From Deltaproteobacteria bacterium (lineage in GTDB: Bacteria > Myxococcota_A > Polyangia > Nannocystales > Nannocystaceae): 64,000 nt of DNA. The notes beneath the pieces are model-generated. The model had not been told where the DNA came from, made no database searches, and saw only the letters and a list, made by a program, of their open reading frames with translations. Shown in pieces: positions 8,172-19,038 of this stretch (the first letter of the stretch is position 1; every line of letters begins with the position of its first letter). The position numbers and the translations under genes are program-made. The stretch spans positions 1,477,414 through 1,541,413 of the forward strand of contig JADJRA010000001.1 in the NCBI GenBank assembly GCA_016712475.1, in the 5' to 3' direction.

Positions 8172-10208
8172 ATGCGCAGACCCGAAGATTTCGCCGACGA
8201 CGACACGGTGCACGGCCAGCCCCAACGCACGATGGGGCGCGCCAGGACGTGGGGGGTCGCAGCCATGGCCAGCACCGCCGTGCTCGCCGCTGGGGTCTTG
8301 GGTTGGATTGCCGTGCATGATGCGTCGCCGAGCGCGAGCGAGGGCACCGCGAGCGCGCAGGCCGACGTGGTCGTCGAAGCGAGCGATGCATCGCACGCCC
8401 CGCAGGGCGCGAGTCCGCCCACCGCCGAGCCTGCGATCCCGGCACTGCGCGATGCGCCCTCGGGCATCCTCGGCGTCACGACGCAGGAGTCCGGCCACTT
8501 CCTCGCGAGCCCCCACGGCGGCGCGTTCGCGACCGGCAACGACGACGAGGACGTGTGGGGCGGGCTGAGCGGTACCGAGATCGGTGAGGCCGCAGGCGTC
8601 GGTGGGCTCGGGCTGCGCGGCAACGGGCGCGGTGGTGGTGGCAGCGGCGAGGGCACGATCGGACTCGGCACCACCGGTCTCATCGGCCATGGCGGCGGCG
8701 GCGGTACCGGGCAGGGCTTCGGGGGTCGCGGGGGGCATCGTGTCAGCCGCGACTCGTGGCGCGAGGCCGCCATCGCGCAGCGACCCGAGTCCGACAGCGG
8801 CGACGACTACGCCACGATCACCGAGCAGCAGTTCGTCCGCGTCGGCGACGACGCACAGTCGACCTTCGGCATCGACGTCGACACCGCGTCGTACAGCAAC
8901 GTGCGGCGCTTCCTCGAGCACGGTCAGCTGCCACCGGCCGATGCCGTGCGCGTCGAGGAGCTGATCAACTACTTCCACTACGATCTCGAGCCACCCACCG
9001 ACGGCCGACCGTTCGCGCTGGAGAGCGAAGTCGCCGACTGTCCTTGGGATCGAACCCACAAGCTGGTACGGGTCGCGCTCGCTGGCGAGGGCTTCAACCA
9101 CGAAGATCTGCCGGCGCGCAACTTCGTGTTCCTCCTCGACGTGTCGGGCTCGATGCAGGCACCCGATCGTCTGCCGTTGCTGCGCGAGTCGCTGTCACTG
9201 CTGGCCGACCGCATGCGCCCGCAGGACCGCATCGCGATCGTGGTCTACGCCGGCGCATCGGGGATCGTGCTCGACTCGACGCCGGGCTCCCAGAAGGGTC
9301 GCGTCCGCGCAGCGCTGCAGGAGCTCGAGGCCGGCGGCAGCACCAACGGCGGTGCTGGCATCGAGCTGGCGTACCGCCTCGCGCAGCGGCACTTCATCGA
9401 GGGCGGCAGCAACCGCGTCATCCTCGCCACCGATGGCGACTTCAACGTCGGCATCTCCAACCGCGGCAAGCTCACGCGGCTGATCGAGAAGAAGCGCGAG
9501 TCGGGCGTGTTCCTGTCGGTGCTCGGGGTCGGCCGCGGCAACCTCAAGGATGCGACCATGGAGTCGCTCGCCGACAAGGGCAACGGCAACTACGCCTATC
9601 TCGACTCGCTGTCCGAGGCCCGCAAGGTGCTCGTCGAGGGTGGCGCGGCCAACCTCGTCACCATCGCCAAGGACGTGAAGATCCAGGTCGAGTTCGATGC
9701 CACCGAGGTCGAGAGCTGGCGCCTCATCGGCTACGAGAACCGCAAGCTCGCCCATGCCGACTTCGCCGACGACCGCAAGGACGCCGGCGAGATCGGAGCC
9801 GGTCACAGCGTCACCGCGCTGTACGAGATCGTGCCCAAGACCGGTGAGTCGGTCGGCAGTGGATCGGTCATGAAGGTGTCCGTGCGCTACAAGCGACCCA
9901 ACGAGGAGACCAGCGCGCTGTTCAGCCGCGAGGTCACCGCCGACGCGCGCTCGATGGCCGCCGCCTCGCCGGACTTCCGCTTCGCGGCCGCGGTGGCGCA
10001 GTTCGGCATGCTCCTGCGCGACTCGGACCTTCGCGGCGAGGCGACCTGGGAGAGCACACTGACGCTCGCGCGCGGCGCTACGGACGACGGCGACGGCTGT
10101 CTGCGCGAGGAGTTCATGCAGCTCGTCGCCCGTGCCGCCGAGCTCTCGAGCGCGCCGCTGCGCAAGCCGCCGGCGCGCTCGCGCTGCGAGCTCACCGCGC
10201 GCGGATGA
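8172..10208 (+). CDS. von Willebrand factor type A (VWA) domain protein, YfbK-like
   Basis: ATG at 8172 inside ORF 8079..10208. TM/signal (WGVAAMASTAVLAAGVLGWIAV), Gly-rich linker. VWA MIDAS motif (FLLDVSGSM ... ATDGDFNVG). C-terminal region typical of YfbK/DUF3520 proteins. Confidence 0.8.
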   Translation: MRRPEDFADDDTVHGQPQRTMGRARTWGVAAMASTAVLAAGVLGWIAVHDASPSASEGTASAQADVVVEASDASHAPQGASPPTAEPAIPALRDAPSGILGVTTQESGHFLASPHGGAFATGNDDEDVWGGLSGTEIGEAAGVGGLGLRGNGRGGGGSGEGTIGLGTTGLIGHGGGGGTGQGFGGRGGHRVSRDSWREAAIAQRPESDSGDDYATITEQQFVRVGDDAQSTFGIDVDTASYSNVRRFLEHGQLPPADAVRVEELINYFHYDLEPPTDGRPFALESEVADCPWDRTHKLVRVALAGEGFNHEDLPARNFVFLLDVSGSMQAPDRLPLLRESLSLLADRMRPQDRIAIVVYAGASGIVLDSTPGSQKGRVRAALQELEAGGSTNGGAGIELAYRLAQRHFIEGGSNRVILATDGDFNVGISNRGKLTRLIEKKRESGVFLSVLGVGRGNLKDATMESLADKGNGNYAYLDSLSEARKVLVEGGAANLVTIAKDVKIQVEFDATEVESWRLIGYENRKLAHADFADDRKDAGEIGAGHSVTALYEIVPKTGESVGSGSVMKVSVRYKRPNEETSALFSREVTADARSMAAASPDFRFAAAVAQFGMLLRDSDLRGEATWESTLTLARGATDDGDGCLREEFMQLVARAAELSSAPLRKPPARSRCELTARG

Positions 10209-10266
10209 GCCCGCCGCGCTCGTCCGTCGAGCGCGAGCCCGCGCGACATGTGCTCGCTGGGGCGCG

Positions 10267-12855
<2,589 letters not shown>

Positions 12856-13076
12856 CGTAGCAGCGGCCTCGCGCGCCCGGGCGCGAGTGGGCCACGACGA
12901 CGCAACCGTCCGCCACATTGGGCAAGTTGCCCAGCGATACCGAAGGCGAACGTAACCGCGACCGCAGTCGTCTCCGTTTGCCTGCCGTGCCCACGCACGC
13001 ACCTGCCACCGCCCGCGCAGCGGCGGCGGCGAGCACTGCTGCTAGCCTCCAGGCCGCACCCCGGATCCCCAAGACG

Positions 13077-14393
13077 ATGAGTGACGATCGCGAAGTACCC
13101 ACCGGCCGCCTGGCCCGCCTCGGCCGGCTGGTGAGCGTCGGCGCCCGTACCGGCGCCAGCCTGCTGCTGTCGAGCGACGGCAAGGGTGCCGCCGAGCACG
13201 CCGCCGCAGTGCTGGGATCGCTGCGTGGCCTCGCGGCCAAGGTCGGACAGATGGCGAGCTACGTCGATGGCTTCGTGCCCGACGACCACCGCGCGTCCTA
13301 CGAGCGCGCGATGGGTACGTTGTTGGCCGCCGCGCCACACTCGTCACCGGCGGCGATCCGCGCGGTGGTGGAGCGCGAGCTCGGCGCGCCGATCGATCAG
13401 CTCTTCACGACCTGGGAGGACGAACCCATGGCGAGTGCGTCGATCGGCCAGGTCCATCGCGCGACGCTGAAGGGCGGCGAAGAGGTGGCCGTCAAGGTGC
13501 AGCATCCCGGCATCGACCGCGCAATCGAGTCGGACTTGCGCAACGCCGGCATCATCGAGGGCCTGGTCGGCACGCTCGGCCCCAAGACGCTCAACACCAA
13601 GGAGGTCTTCGCGATCATCGCGGAGCGCTTCCGCGAAGAGCTCGACTACACGCTCGAGGCCGAGCGGCAGGAGCAGTTCGCCCGCATGCACGCCGGCGAC
13701 CCCGACGTGCGCATCCCCAAGGTCTACCGCGAGCGCAGCACCCGACGCGTCTTGACCACCGCGCTCGCGCGGGGCTTCGCCATCGACGAGGCCGCCGCAC
13801 GCAGCGAGGACGACCGCCGCCACTTCGCCGAGGTGCTGTGGCGGTTCGTGTTCCGCGGCAACCTCGTGGGGCAGATGTTCAATGCCGATCCTCACCCCGG
13901 CAACTACATCTTCCACGACGACGGCACGATCACCTTCCTCGACTTCGGCTGCGTACAGCCGCTGTTCGACCCCGAGCTGAGCCTCGCACGCTCGGCCCAC
14001 CGCGCCGCGCTCGCGCGCGACGAGGCCAGCTTCCGCCGCTGCATCGCGGCGATGCTCGCGACCAAGGGCGGCGCCTTCGAGGCGGCCGTGCTCGAGTACG
14101 TGCGGCGCTGCTTCGCACCGCTGTTCGAGGCGCCGTTTCGCATCGATCGCGCGTACGCGGCAGAGGTCGTGCGCGGCATCCAAGACCTCAAGCGCTTCGT
14201 GCTCAAGCGCGACAAGAGCTTCACCTCGCTGCCGCCCGGCCTGGTGTTCATGAATCGGCTGCAGTTCGGGTTCTACTCGGTGCTGGCGCGGTTCGACGTC
14301 GCGGTCGACTACGCCGAGATCGAGCGCGGCGTGCTGGGGGCCGCGGACCTCCTCGACGGCCCCCGCGTGCCGCCGACGCACGCGACCCCGTGA
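13077..14393 (+). CDS. ABC1/UbiB-family atypical kinase
   Basis: ATG at 13077 inside ORF 12918..14393. ABC1 motifs (ASIGQVHRATLKGGEEVAVKVQHPG, FNADPHPGNYIF, FLDFG). Confidence 0.75.
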   Translation: MSDDREVPTGRLARLGRLVSVGARTGASLLLSSDGKGAAEHAAAVLGSLRGLAAKVGQMASYVDGFVPDDHRASYERAMGTLLAAAPHSSPAAIRAVVERELGAPIDQLFTTWEDEPMASASIGQVHRATLKGGEEVAVKVQHPGIDRAIESDLRNAGIIEGLVGTLGPKTLNTKEVFAIIAERFREELDYTLEAERQEQFARMHAGDPDVRIPKVYRERSTRRVLTTALARGFAIDEAAARSEDDRRHFAEVLWRFVFRGNLVGQMFNADPHPGNYIFHDDGTITFLDFGCVQPLFDPELSLARSAHRAALARDEASFRRCIAAMLATKGGAFEAAVLEYVRRCFAPLFEAPFRIDRAYAAEVVRGIQDLKRFVLKRDKSFTSLPPGLVFMNRLQFGFYSVLARFDVAVDYAEIERGVLGAADLLDGPRVPPTHATP

Positions 14394-14470
14394 GCTAGCG
14401 CGCGCTCGCCCCCCATCGATTTTGCCGCACCGCAGGTGATCGCGCCGCGGTCCCCCGGCACTCTCGGGGC

Positions 14471-15019
14471 ATGGTGATGCGCGGTTGGGTTGCATGGGTG
14501 GTGGTGGTGGCGAGCGGCGCGGGGCTGGCCGGCGGTTGCACGTTCCAGGACGACAGCTGCGCGGATGGCTTCCGCTGCGCGAGGATTCCCGATGGTTCGA
14601 GCTCGTCCAGCGACGGCGACTCGCAGGCCTCGGACTCGGGTGCTTCGTCCGGGGCCGACGCGGCCTCCGGCTCGAGCTCGAGTGGCGACTCGGCGGCCGA
14701 CAGCGGCACCGATACCGCGCCCGACTGCGACGCGACCGATCCCAAGCCGGTGCTGAAGTTCGAGAATCGCACCGGCAACACCGTCGAGACCTTCGCCTTC
14801 GTGGCCTGCGACGGCACCATGCCCAGCGAGTTTCCACTACAGCCACCGGGCCTGCCGACGGATCAGGACGTCGAGGTGCCGCTGCCGGGCCCGGGTTGCT
14901 GGCTGATGAGCTACTCCGGCGACGGCTGCACCTCGGAGATGCCGTTCGAGGCCACGGTGTGCGCGGGCGAGACCGTCGTGTGGACCGCCGACGACGTGAA
15001 CCACCTGTGCATCGGATAG
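14471..15019 (+). CDS. small secreted lipoprotein, Ser/Asp-rich then Cys-containing domain
   Basis: MVMRGWVAWVVVVASGAGLAGGC lipoprotein signal, SSSSDGDSQASDSGASSGADAASGSSSSGDS linker, C-terminal domain with 6 Cys. Confidence 0.6.
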   Translation: MVMRGWVAWVVVVASGAGLAGGCTFQDDSCADGFRCARIPDGSSSSSDGDSQASDSGASSGADAASGSSSSGDSAADSGTDTAPDCDATDPKPVLKFENRTGNTVETFAFVACDGTMPSEFPLQPPGLPTDQDVEVPLPGPGCWLMSYSGDGCTSEMPFEATVCAGETVVWTADDVNHLCIG

Positions 15020-15059
15020 TCCCGGGGCTCGCCCTCGCGGGCGGCCGCGCGCGAAGGCG

Positions 15060-15644
15060 GTGATTCCCTTCCGGACCGCAAGGCGCGATGCTCCGGCGGA
15101 ACGTCCCTTGTCGACGCGCACCATCGGTCTGGTCGCCCTCACCTGCCTCGCCCTCGGCGGCGCGGTGGCGTGGTACGCGGCCCGCACCGACGGCGCGCAC
15201 GCGCCGGTGTCGGTCGTCGCGCCCGACGACGACGACGCCGACGACACCGACGCGGACGACGACGGGGAGAAGGCCGCCATGCAAGCCAAGGCGAAGATCT
15301 GCAAGAAGCTCGCGTGCACCGACTCGCAGCGCGGCGAGCTCGGTACCCTCATCCGAGTCTTTCGCGATGACACGCGCGAGCGCCGGGTCGAGCTGAAGAA
15401 CCTGCGCGCCAGCGCAGCGCAGGCGTGGGCCTCGGCGACCCCCGACGCCGCCCGCATCGCAGAGATCGAAACCCGCGTGCTCGAGCTCGAGGGCGAGATC
15501 GAGGGCGCCGCCCGCGGCGCGCTGCTCGGCTTCCATCGCGTGCTCGACGACGAACAGCGGCGCAAGCTCTCGCGCTGGCTGCGACGCAAGAGCGCGCGCG
15601 ACCTGCTGCAGGACAAGCGCGTGCGCAGCTCCGAGAGCGAGTGA
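15060..15644 (+). CDS. hypothetical periplasmic coiled-coil protein (possibly Spy/CpxP-like)
   Basis: Signal anchor LVALTCLALGGAVAWYAA, acidic tract DDDDADDTDADDDGE, charged helical C-terminus. Alternative in-frame TTG start at 15108. Stop TGA 15642-15644 lies 2 nt before the next ATG. Confidence 0.5.
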   Translation: MIPFRTARRDAPAERPLSTRTIGLVALTCLALGGAVAWYAARTDGAHAPVSVVAPDDDDADDTDADDDGEKAAMQAKAKICKKLACTDSQRGELGTLIRVFRDDTRERRVELKNLRASAAQAWASATPDAARIAEIETRVLELEGEIEGAARGALLGFHRVLDDEQRRKLSRWLRRKSARDLLQDKRVRSSESE

Positions 15645-15646
15645 CC

Positions 15647-17410
15647 ATGGCAGCGATCTGTGGCTACGTCGGTCGCGGCGACGAGGCGCTGCTGCTGCGC
15701 CAGCTGGGACTGCTGCGCCATCGCGGCGCGCACGCGCACGCGACCCGCATCGGTCCCGCCGGTGGTCTCGCCGTCGCTTCGCCGCCGGGGCGCGTCGCCG
15801 CGGTGGGCAGCAGCCGCGACGCCAAGGTGCACTGCGTGCTCGACGGCGCGTTGTTCGAGCACGCCGCGCTCGCCAGCCAGCTGGGCCTACCGGCCACCGC
15901 CAGCGCGGCCGAGCTGGTCGCGGAGCTGCTGGCGACCAAGGGCCCCGCGGCGCTCGGACAGCTCGACGGTGCCTACGCCGTCGCCGCGCTGTTCGAGGAC
16001 CACGTGCTGCTCGCCCGCGATCCGCTGGGTGAGAAGCCCATCTACTACGCGACCCTACCCGATGGCCGCTTCGCGTTCGCCTCCGAGATCAAGGCGTTCC
16101 TCGCCGATCCGGCGTTCGTGGTGAAGCCCCACGAGCCTTCGCTGGTGTCGCTGTTGGTGTTCTCGTTCATCCCGGGCGAACGCAGCATGTTCGACGACGT
16201 GTTCGAGCTGCAGCCGGGCTGCCACATCGAGCTCGGCGCTCGCGGGGCCTCGCCGCTGGTCTCGCACTGGCAGCTGCACGAGCAGGTCGAAGACCACGAG
16301 CTGCCCTACTTCACCGCCGAGATCGAGCGGCTGTGCATCGATGCGGTCGATCGCCGCATTCCCGCCGACGGCCGCGTGACCGCGACGCTCTCCGGTGGGG
16401 TCGACTCGTCGGCGGTGGTCGCCCTGCTGGCGCGCCGGGGCTGCAAGCCGGTATGTTTCTCGGCTGCCTTCGGCGACGGACAGCCCAACGAGCTCGGCTA
16501 CGCGCGACTGGTCGCGGAGCACTGCAAGGTCGAGCACCGCGTCATCGACGTCGAGCCGGAGGGCTTCCTCGACCTGCTGCCGCGGGTGATGTGGAACCTC
16601 GACGATCCGCTGTGCGATTGCATCACCGTGCCCAACTACTTGCTGGCACAGGCGGCCGCCCAGGAGGCGCCGGTGGTGTTCAACGGCGAGGGCGGCGATC
16701 CGCTCTTCGGCGGGCCGAAGAACAAGTTCCTCATCCTCGGCGAGTGGTACCGCGCCTACGGCGGCTATGACCGCGCGCGGGCCTACCTGGCCTCGTACCA
16801 CAAGTTCTTCGAGCACGCCCACGAGCTGTGCACGCCCGAGCTCATGGCGCGCAGCGGCGGCACCGAGGCGCTGTGCGACTACGTGCGGCCACTGCTCGAG
16901 GACGAGCGCATGGGCAACTTCCTCAACCGCCTGATGCACCTCAACATCAAGCTCAAGGGCGGCCAGAACATCCTCGTGAAGGTCGACAAGATGCTGTCGG
17001 CCAACGGCGTCGAGCCGGCCTCGCCGCTGTTCGATCGCAGGTTGGCGGAGTTCTCGTTCAAGATCCCACCGGTGCTCAAGCGCCGCGGCGATGTCGAGAA
17101 GTTCGCCTTCAAGAAGGCCATCGAGCACCTGCTGCCGCACCCCGTCGTCTATCGCAAGAAGTCCGGCATGGGTGTGCCGCTCAACCACTGGTTCCGTCGC
17201 GAGCCGCTGCGCAGCTACACCCGCGACGTGCTGCTGTCGTCGCACGCGCGTGGGCGCGGCTACTTCGACATGCGCTTCGTCGAGCGCCTGGTCGCCGGCA
17301 AGGCCCCGCACACCATGGTCGGCCGCGATCGCACCGGCGAGCTGCTGTGGATGCTGCTGGCGATCGAGCTGTGGCACCGGGTCTTCGTCGACGGTGAGGG
17401 ACGACCATGA
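15647..17410 (+). CDS. asparagine synthetase B-like amidoligase with degenerate glutaminase domain
   Basis: ATG at 15647 inside ORF 15425..17410. N-terminus MAAICGY rather than MCGI. NGEIYN motif not conserved. C-terminal synthetase domain is intact (SGGVDSS PP-loop, RDPLGEKPIYYA). Confidence 0.75.
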   Translation: MAAICGYVGRGDEALLLRQLGLLRHRGAHAHATRIGPAGGLAVASPPGRVAAVGSSRDAKVHCVLDGALFEHAALASQLGLPATASAAELVAELLATKGPAALGQLDGAYAVAALFEDHVLLARDPLGEKPIYYATLPDGRFAFASEIKAFLADPAFVVKPHEPSLVSLLVFSFIPGERSMFDDVFELQPGCHIELGARGASPLVSHWQLHEQVEDHELPYFTAEIERLCIDAVDRRIPADGRVTATLSGGVDSSAVVALLARRGCKPVCFSAAFGDGQPNELGYARLVAEHCKVEHRVIDVEPEGFLDLLPRVMWNLDDPLCDCITVPNYLLAQAAAQEAPVVFNGEGGDPLFGGPKNKFLILGEWYRAYGGYDRARAYLASYHKFFEHAHELCTPELMARSGGTEALCDYVRPLLEDERMGNFLNRLMHLNIKLKGGQNILVKVDKMLSANGVEPASPLFDRRLAEFSFKIPPVLKRRGDVEKFAFKKAIEHLLPHPVVYRKKSGMGVPLNHWFRREPLRSYTRDVLLSSHARGRGYFDMRFVERLVAGKAPHTMVGRDRTGELLWMLLAIELWHRVFVDGEGRP

Positions 17411-18189
17411 GCGCAGGCTTGCCCAGGGGCGTGGTCGAGTCGGCCGCATCGGCGATGGCGACCACCGCCGGCTGCGTGTTCACGCACAGCCAGCGGTTCT
17501 TCGAGCTGGTGCGCCGCGGCGCGCTCGCCGATCCAGGCGCCGATCTGGACGGCGCGATGCAGGCGTTCGAGTCGCGTCTGGCCGCCTTCGAGCACGACCA
17601 CGGCGAGCTCGAAGGGCTCATCCGACCCGAGCGCCTGGTCGATCTCCCGCCGCCGCCCGAGCTGCCACCCGACGTGCTCGACTACACGGTGCGCCGCGTG
17701 TTGGTGTTCGACCGCCTCGACACGTGCCTGTTCTTCGTCTGCAACGGCTTCCACCGGCGCATCGAGGTCGGGCTGGTGGTCTGGCCCGACGGCGCCGCAG
17801 AACCCGGGGCCGCGGGCTTCCCCTCCCATGTGTGCGACCGCTTGCGCGCCCAGCTCGACGAGGGCCTGCCAACCGACTTCTTCCTCATCGGGGACTGCGG
17901 CACGGCGGCGCGATCCTGGCGGCAACGCATGCACGCGACCCTCAAGCGGCCCCACGTGCGCGTGCGCGACGCGAGCCTGACATTCCCCTGGGCCTTCCGC
18001 CTGCGCCTGCCGGTGCGCGCCACCGGGCGCGCGCCCGACCCCCACGTCGTCATCCCCGAGGACCACGAATGGCGCGGCCTCTTGATGGTCGGCAGCTACG
18101 CGTCGCTGCAAGAGATGCCGCCGATGCGACTCATGCGATGGGTCTACCGCCGCGTGGCGCGGGGCGCCGAGGACGTCGGCTTCGGCTGA
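17407..18189 (+). CDS. hypothetical protein coupled to AsnB-like gene
   Basis: ATGA overlap with upstream stop. 260 aa, no family recognised. Contains LIGDCGTAARSW, which fits a GxCxxA transglutaminase-core-like motif. Confidence 0.55.
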   Translation: MSAGLPRGVVESAASAMATTAGCVFTHSQRFFELVRRGALADPGADLDGAMQAFESRLAAFEHDHGELEGLIRPERLVDLPPPPELPPDVLDYTVRRVLVFDRLDTCLFFVCNGFHRRIEVGLVVWPDGAAEPGAAGFPSHVCDRLRAQLDEGLPTDFFLIGDCGTAARSWRQRMHATLKRPHVRVRDASLTFPWAFRLRLPVRATGRAPDPHVVIPEDHEWRGLLMVGSYASLQEMPPMRLMRWVYRRVARGAEDVGFG

Positions 18190-18282
18190 CGATCGGCATG
18201 AAACCGCGCCGTCGCGAGCGGCAGCACACGCGCGCGGGCTTGCCACCGACGCCGTCGCTTTGATAACCAACGACGAACGATC

Positions 18283-18987
18283 ATGCAGCTCCTGCTGGAA
18301 CCACGCGACGGGGACGTCATCGATGCGACCTCGACCATGTACCCCAGCAGGCTCGTGGTCGTGCGCGGACGGCGGGAGCTGGGGCCTTCGACCTCGACCT
18401 TCTTCGGCTACGTGGTCGGCGGCAGCGGGCGCATGAAGGCCGGCAGCTTCGAGCTCGCGCTCGCGCCCGGCACGTTCTTCTGCGCGCCCGGACCGGTGCA
18501 GGTCGAGATCGACGGCATGGCGGTCGCGATCGAGCGGCTCGGCTATCGCGGCCTGCCGACCGCCGGCGTCATCGAGGACACCGGCCGGCTGACGTACATC
18601 GACGGCTGCTCCGACACCATCCTGGTGTCACCGCCCCGCCAGGGCGATCCGGTGTTCAACTTCCTGCACTTTCCGCCGGGCATCCAACAGACCGTGCACT
18701 CGCATCCGTCGATCCGCCTGGGGGTCGTTGCCCGCGGCGAGGGCCATGCGTTCGGTCCCGCGCGGGCCGACGGTCGCCACGGCGCGCAGTGGCAGCAGCC
18801 GCTGCGGCCCGGGGCGGTGTTCCTGCTGCATCCCCACGAGCTGCACGCGTTTCGCACCACCGGTGACGGCGGCGAGCACGACGGCAACGAGCACGGCATG
18901 GACGTCATCGCCTACCACCCCGACTCCGACTGGGGCCCGACCGATGGTGTCCACCCGATGTTGAACCGCACCTATCGCGGCACGTGA
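18283..18987 (+). CDS. cupin domain protein
   Basis: Cupin-like His-rich motifs (FLHFPPGIQQTVHSHPSIRLGVV..., LHPHELHAF). High GC3. Confidence 0.6.
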   Translation: MQLLLEPRDGDVIDATSTMYPSRLVVVRGRRELGPSTSTFFGYVVGGSGRMKAGSFELALAPGTFFCAPGPVQVEIDGMAVAIERLGYRGLPTAGVIEDTGRLTYIDGCSDTILVSPPRQGDPVFNFLHFPPGIQQTVHSHPSIRLGVVARGEGHAFGPARADGRHGAQWQQPLRPGAVFLLHPHELHAFRTTGDGGEHDGNEHGMDVIAYHPDSDWGPTDGVHPMLNRTYRGT

Positions 18988-19038
18988 CTCGGGCGCCCGC
19001 TGCGGGCAACCGTGATAGGCTGAACGGCTGGAGGCCCC

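Noticed and set aside
14394-14420. agcgcgcgct 10-bp GC palindrome after the ABC1 kinase gene as a terminator
   Set aside because: Loop-less perfect palindrome without a U-tract. Common by chance in GC-rich DNA.
13344-15536. 730-aa minus-strand ORF
   Set aside because: Translation is Arg/Pro/Ser junk. It is antisense to the ABC1 kinase, the small lipoprotein and the periplasmic protein genes.
15647-18189. Interpreting the AsnB-like/unknown pair as a lasso-peptide C/B pair
   Set aside because: No candidate precursor (short ORF with Thr at -2 and Gly1...Asp/Glu7-9) is visible next to them. Adjacent ORFs are 180-190 aa secreted proteins. Kept only as a low-level possibility inside a finding.
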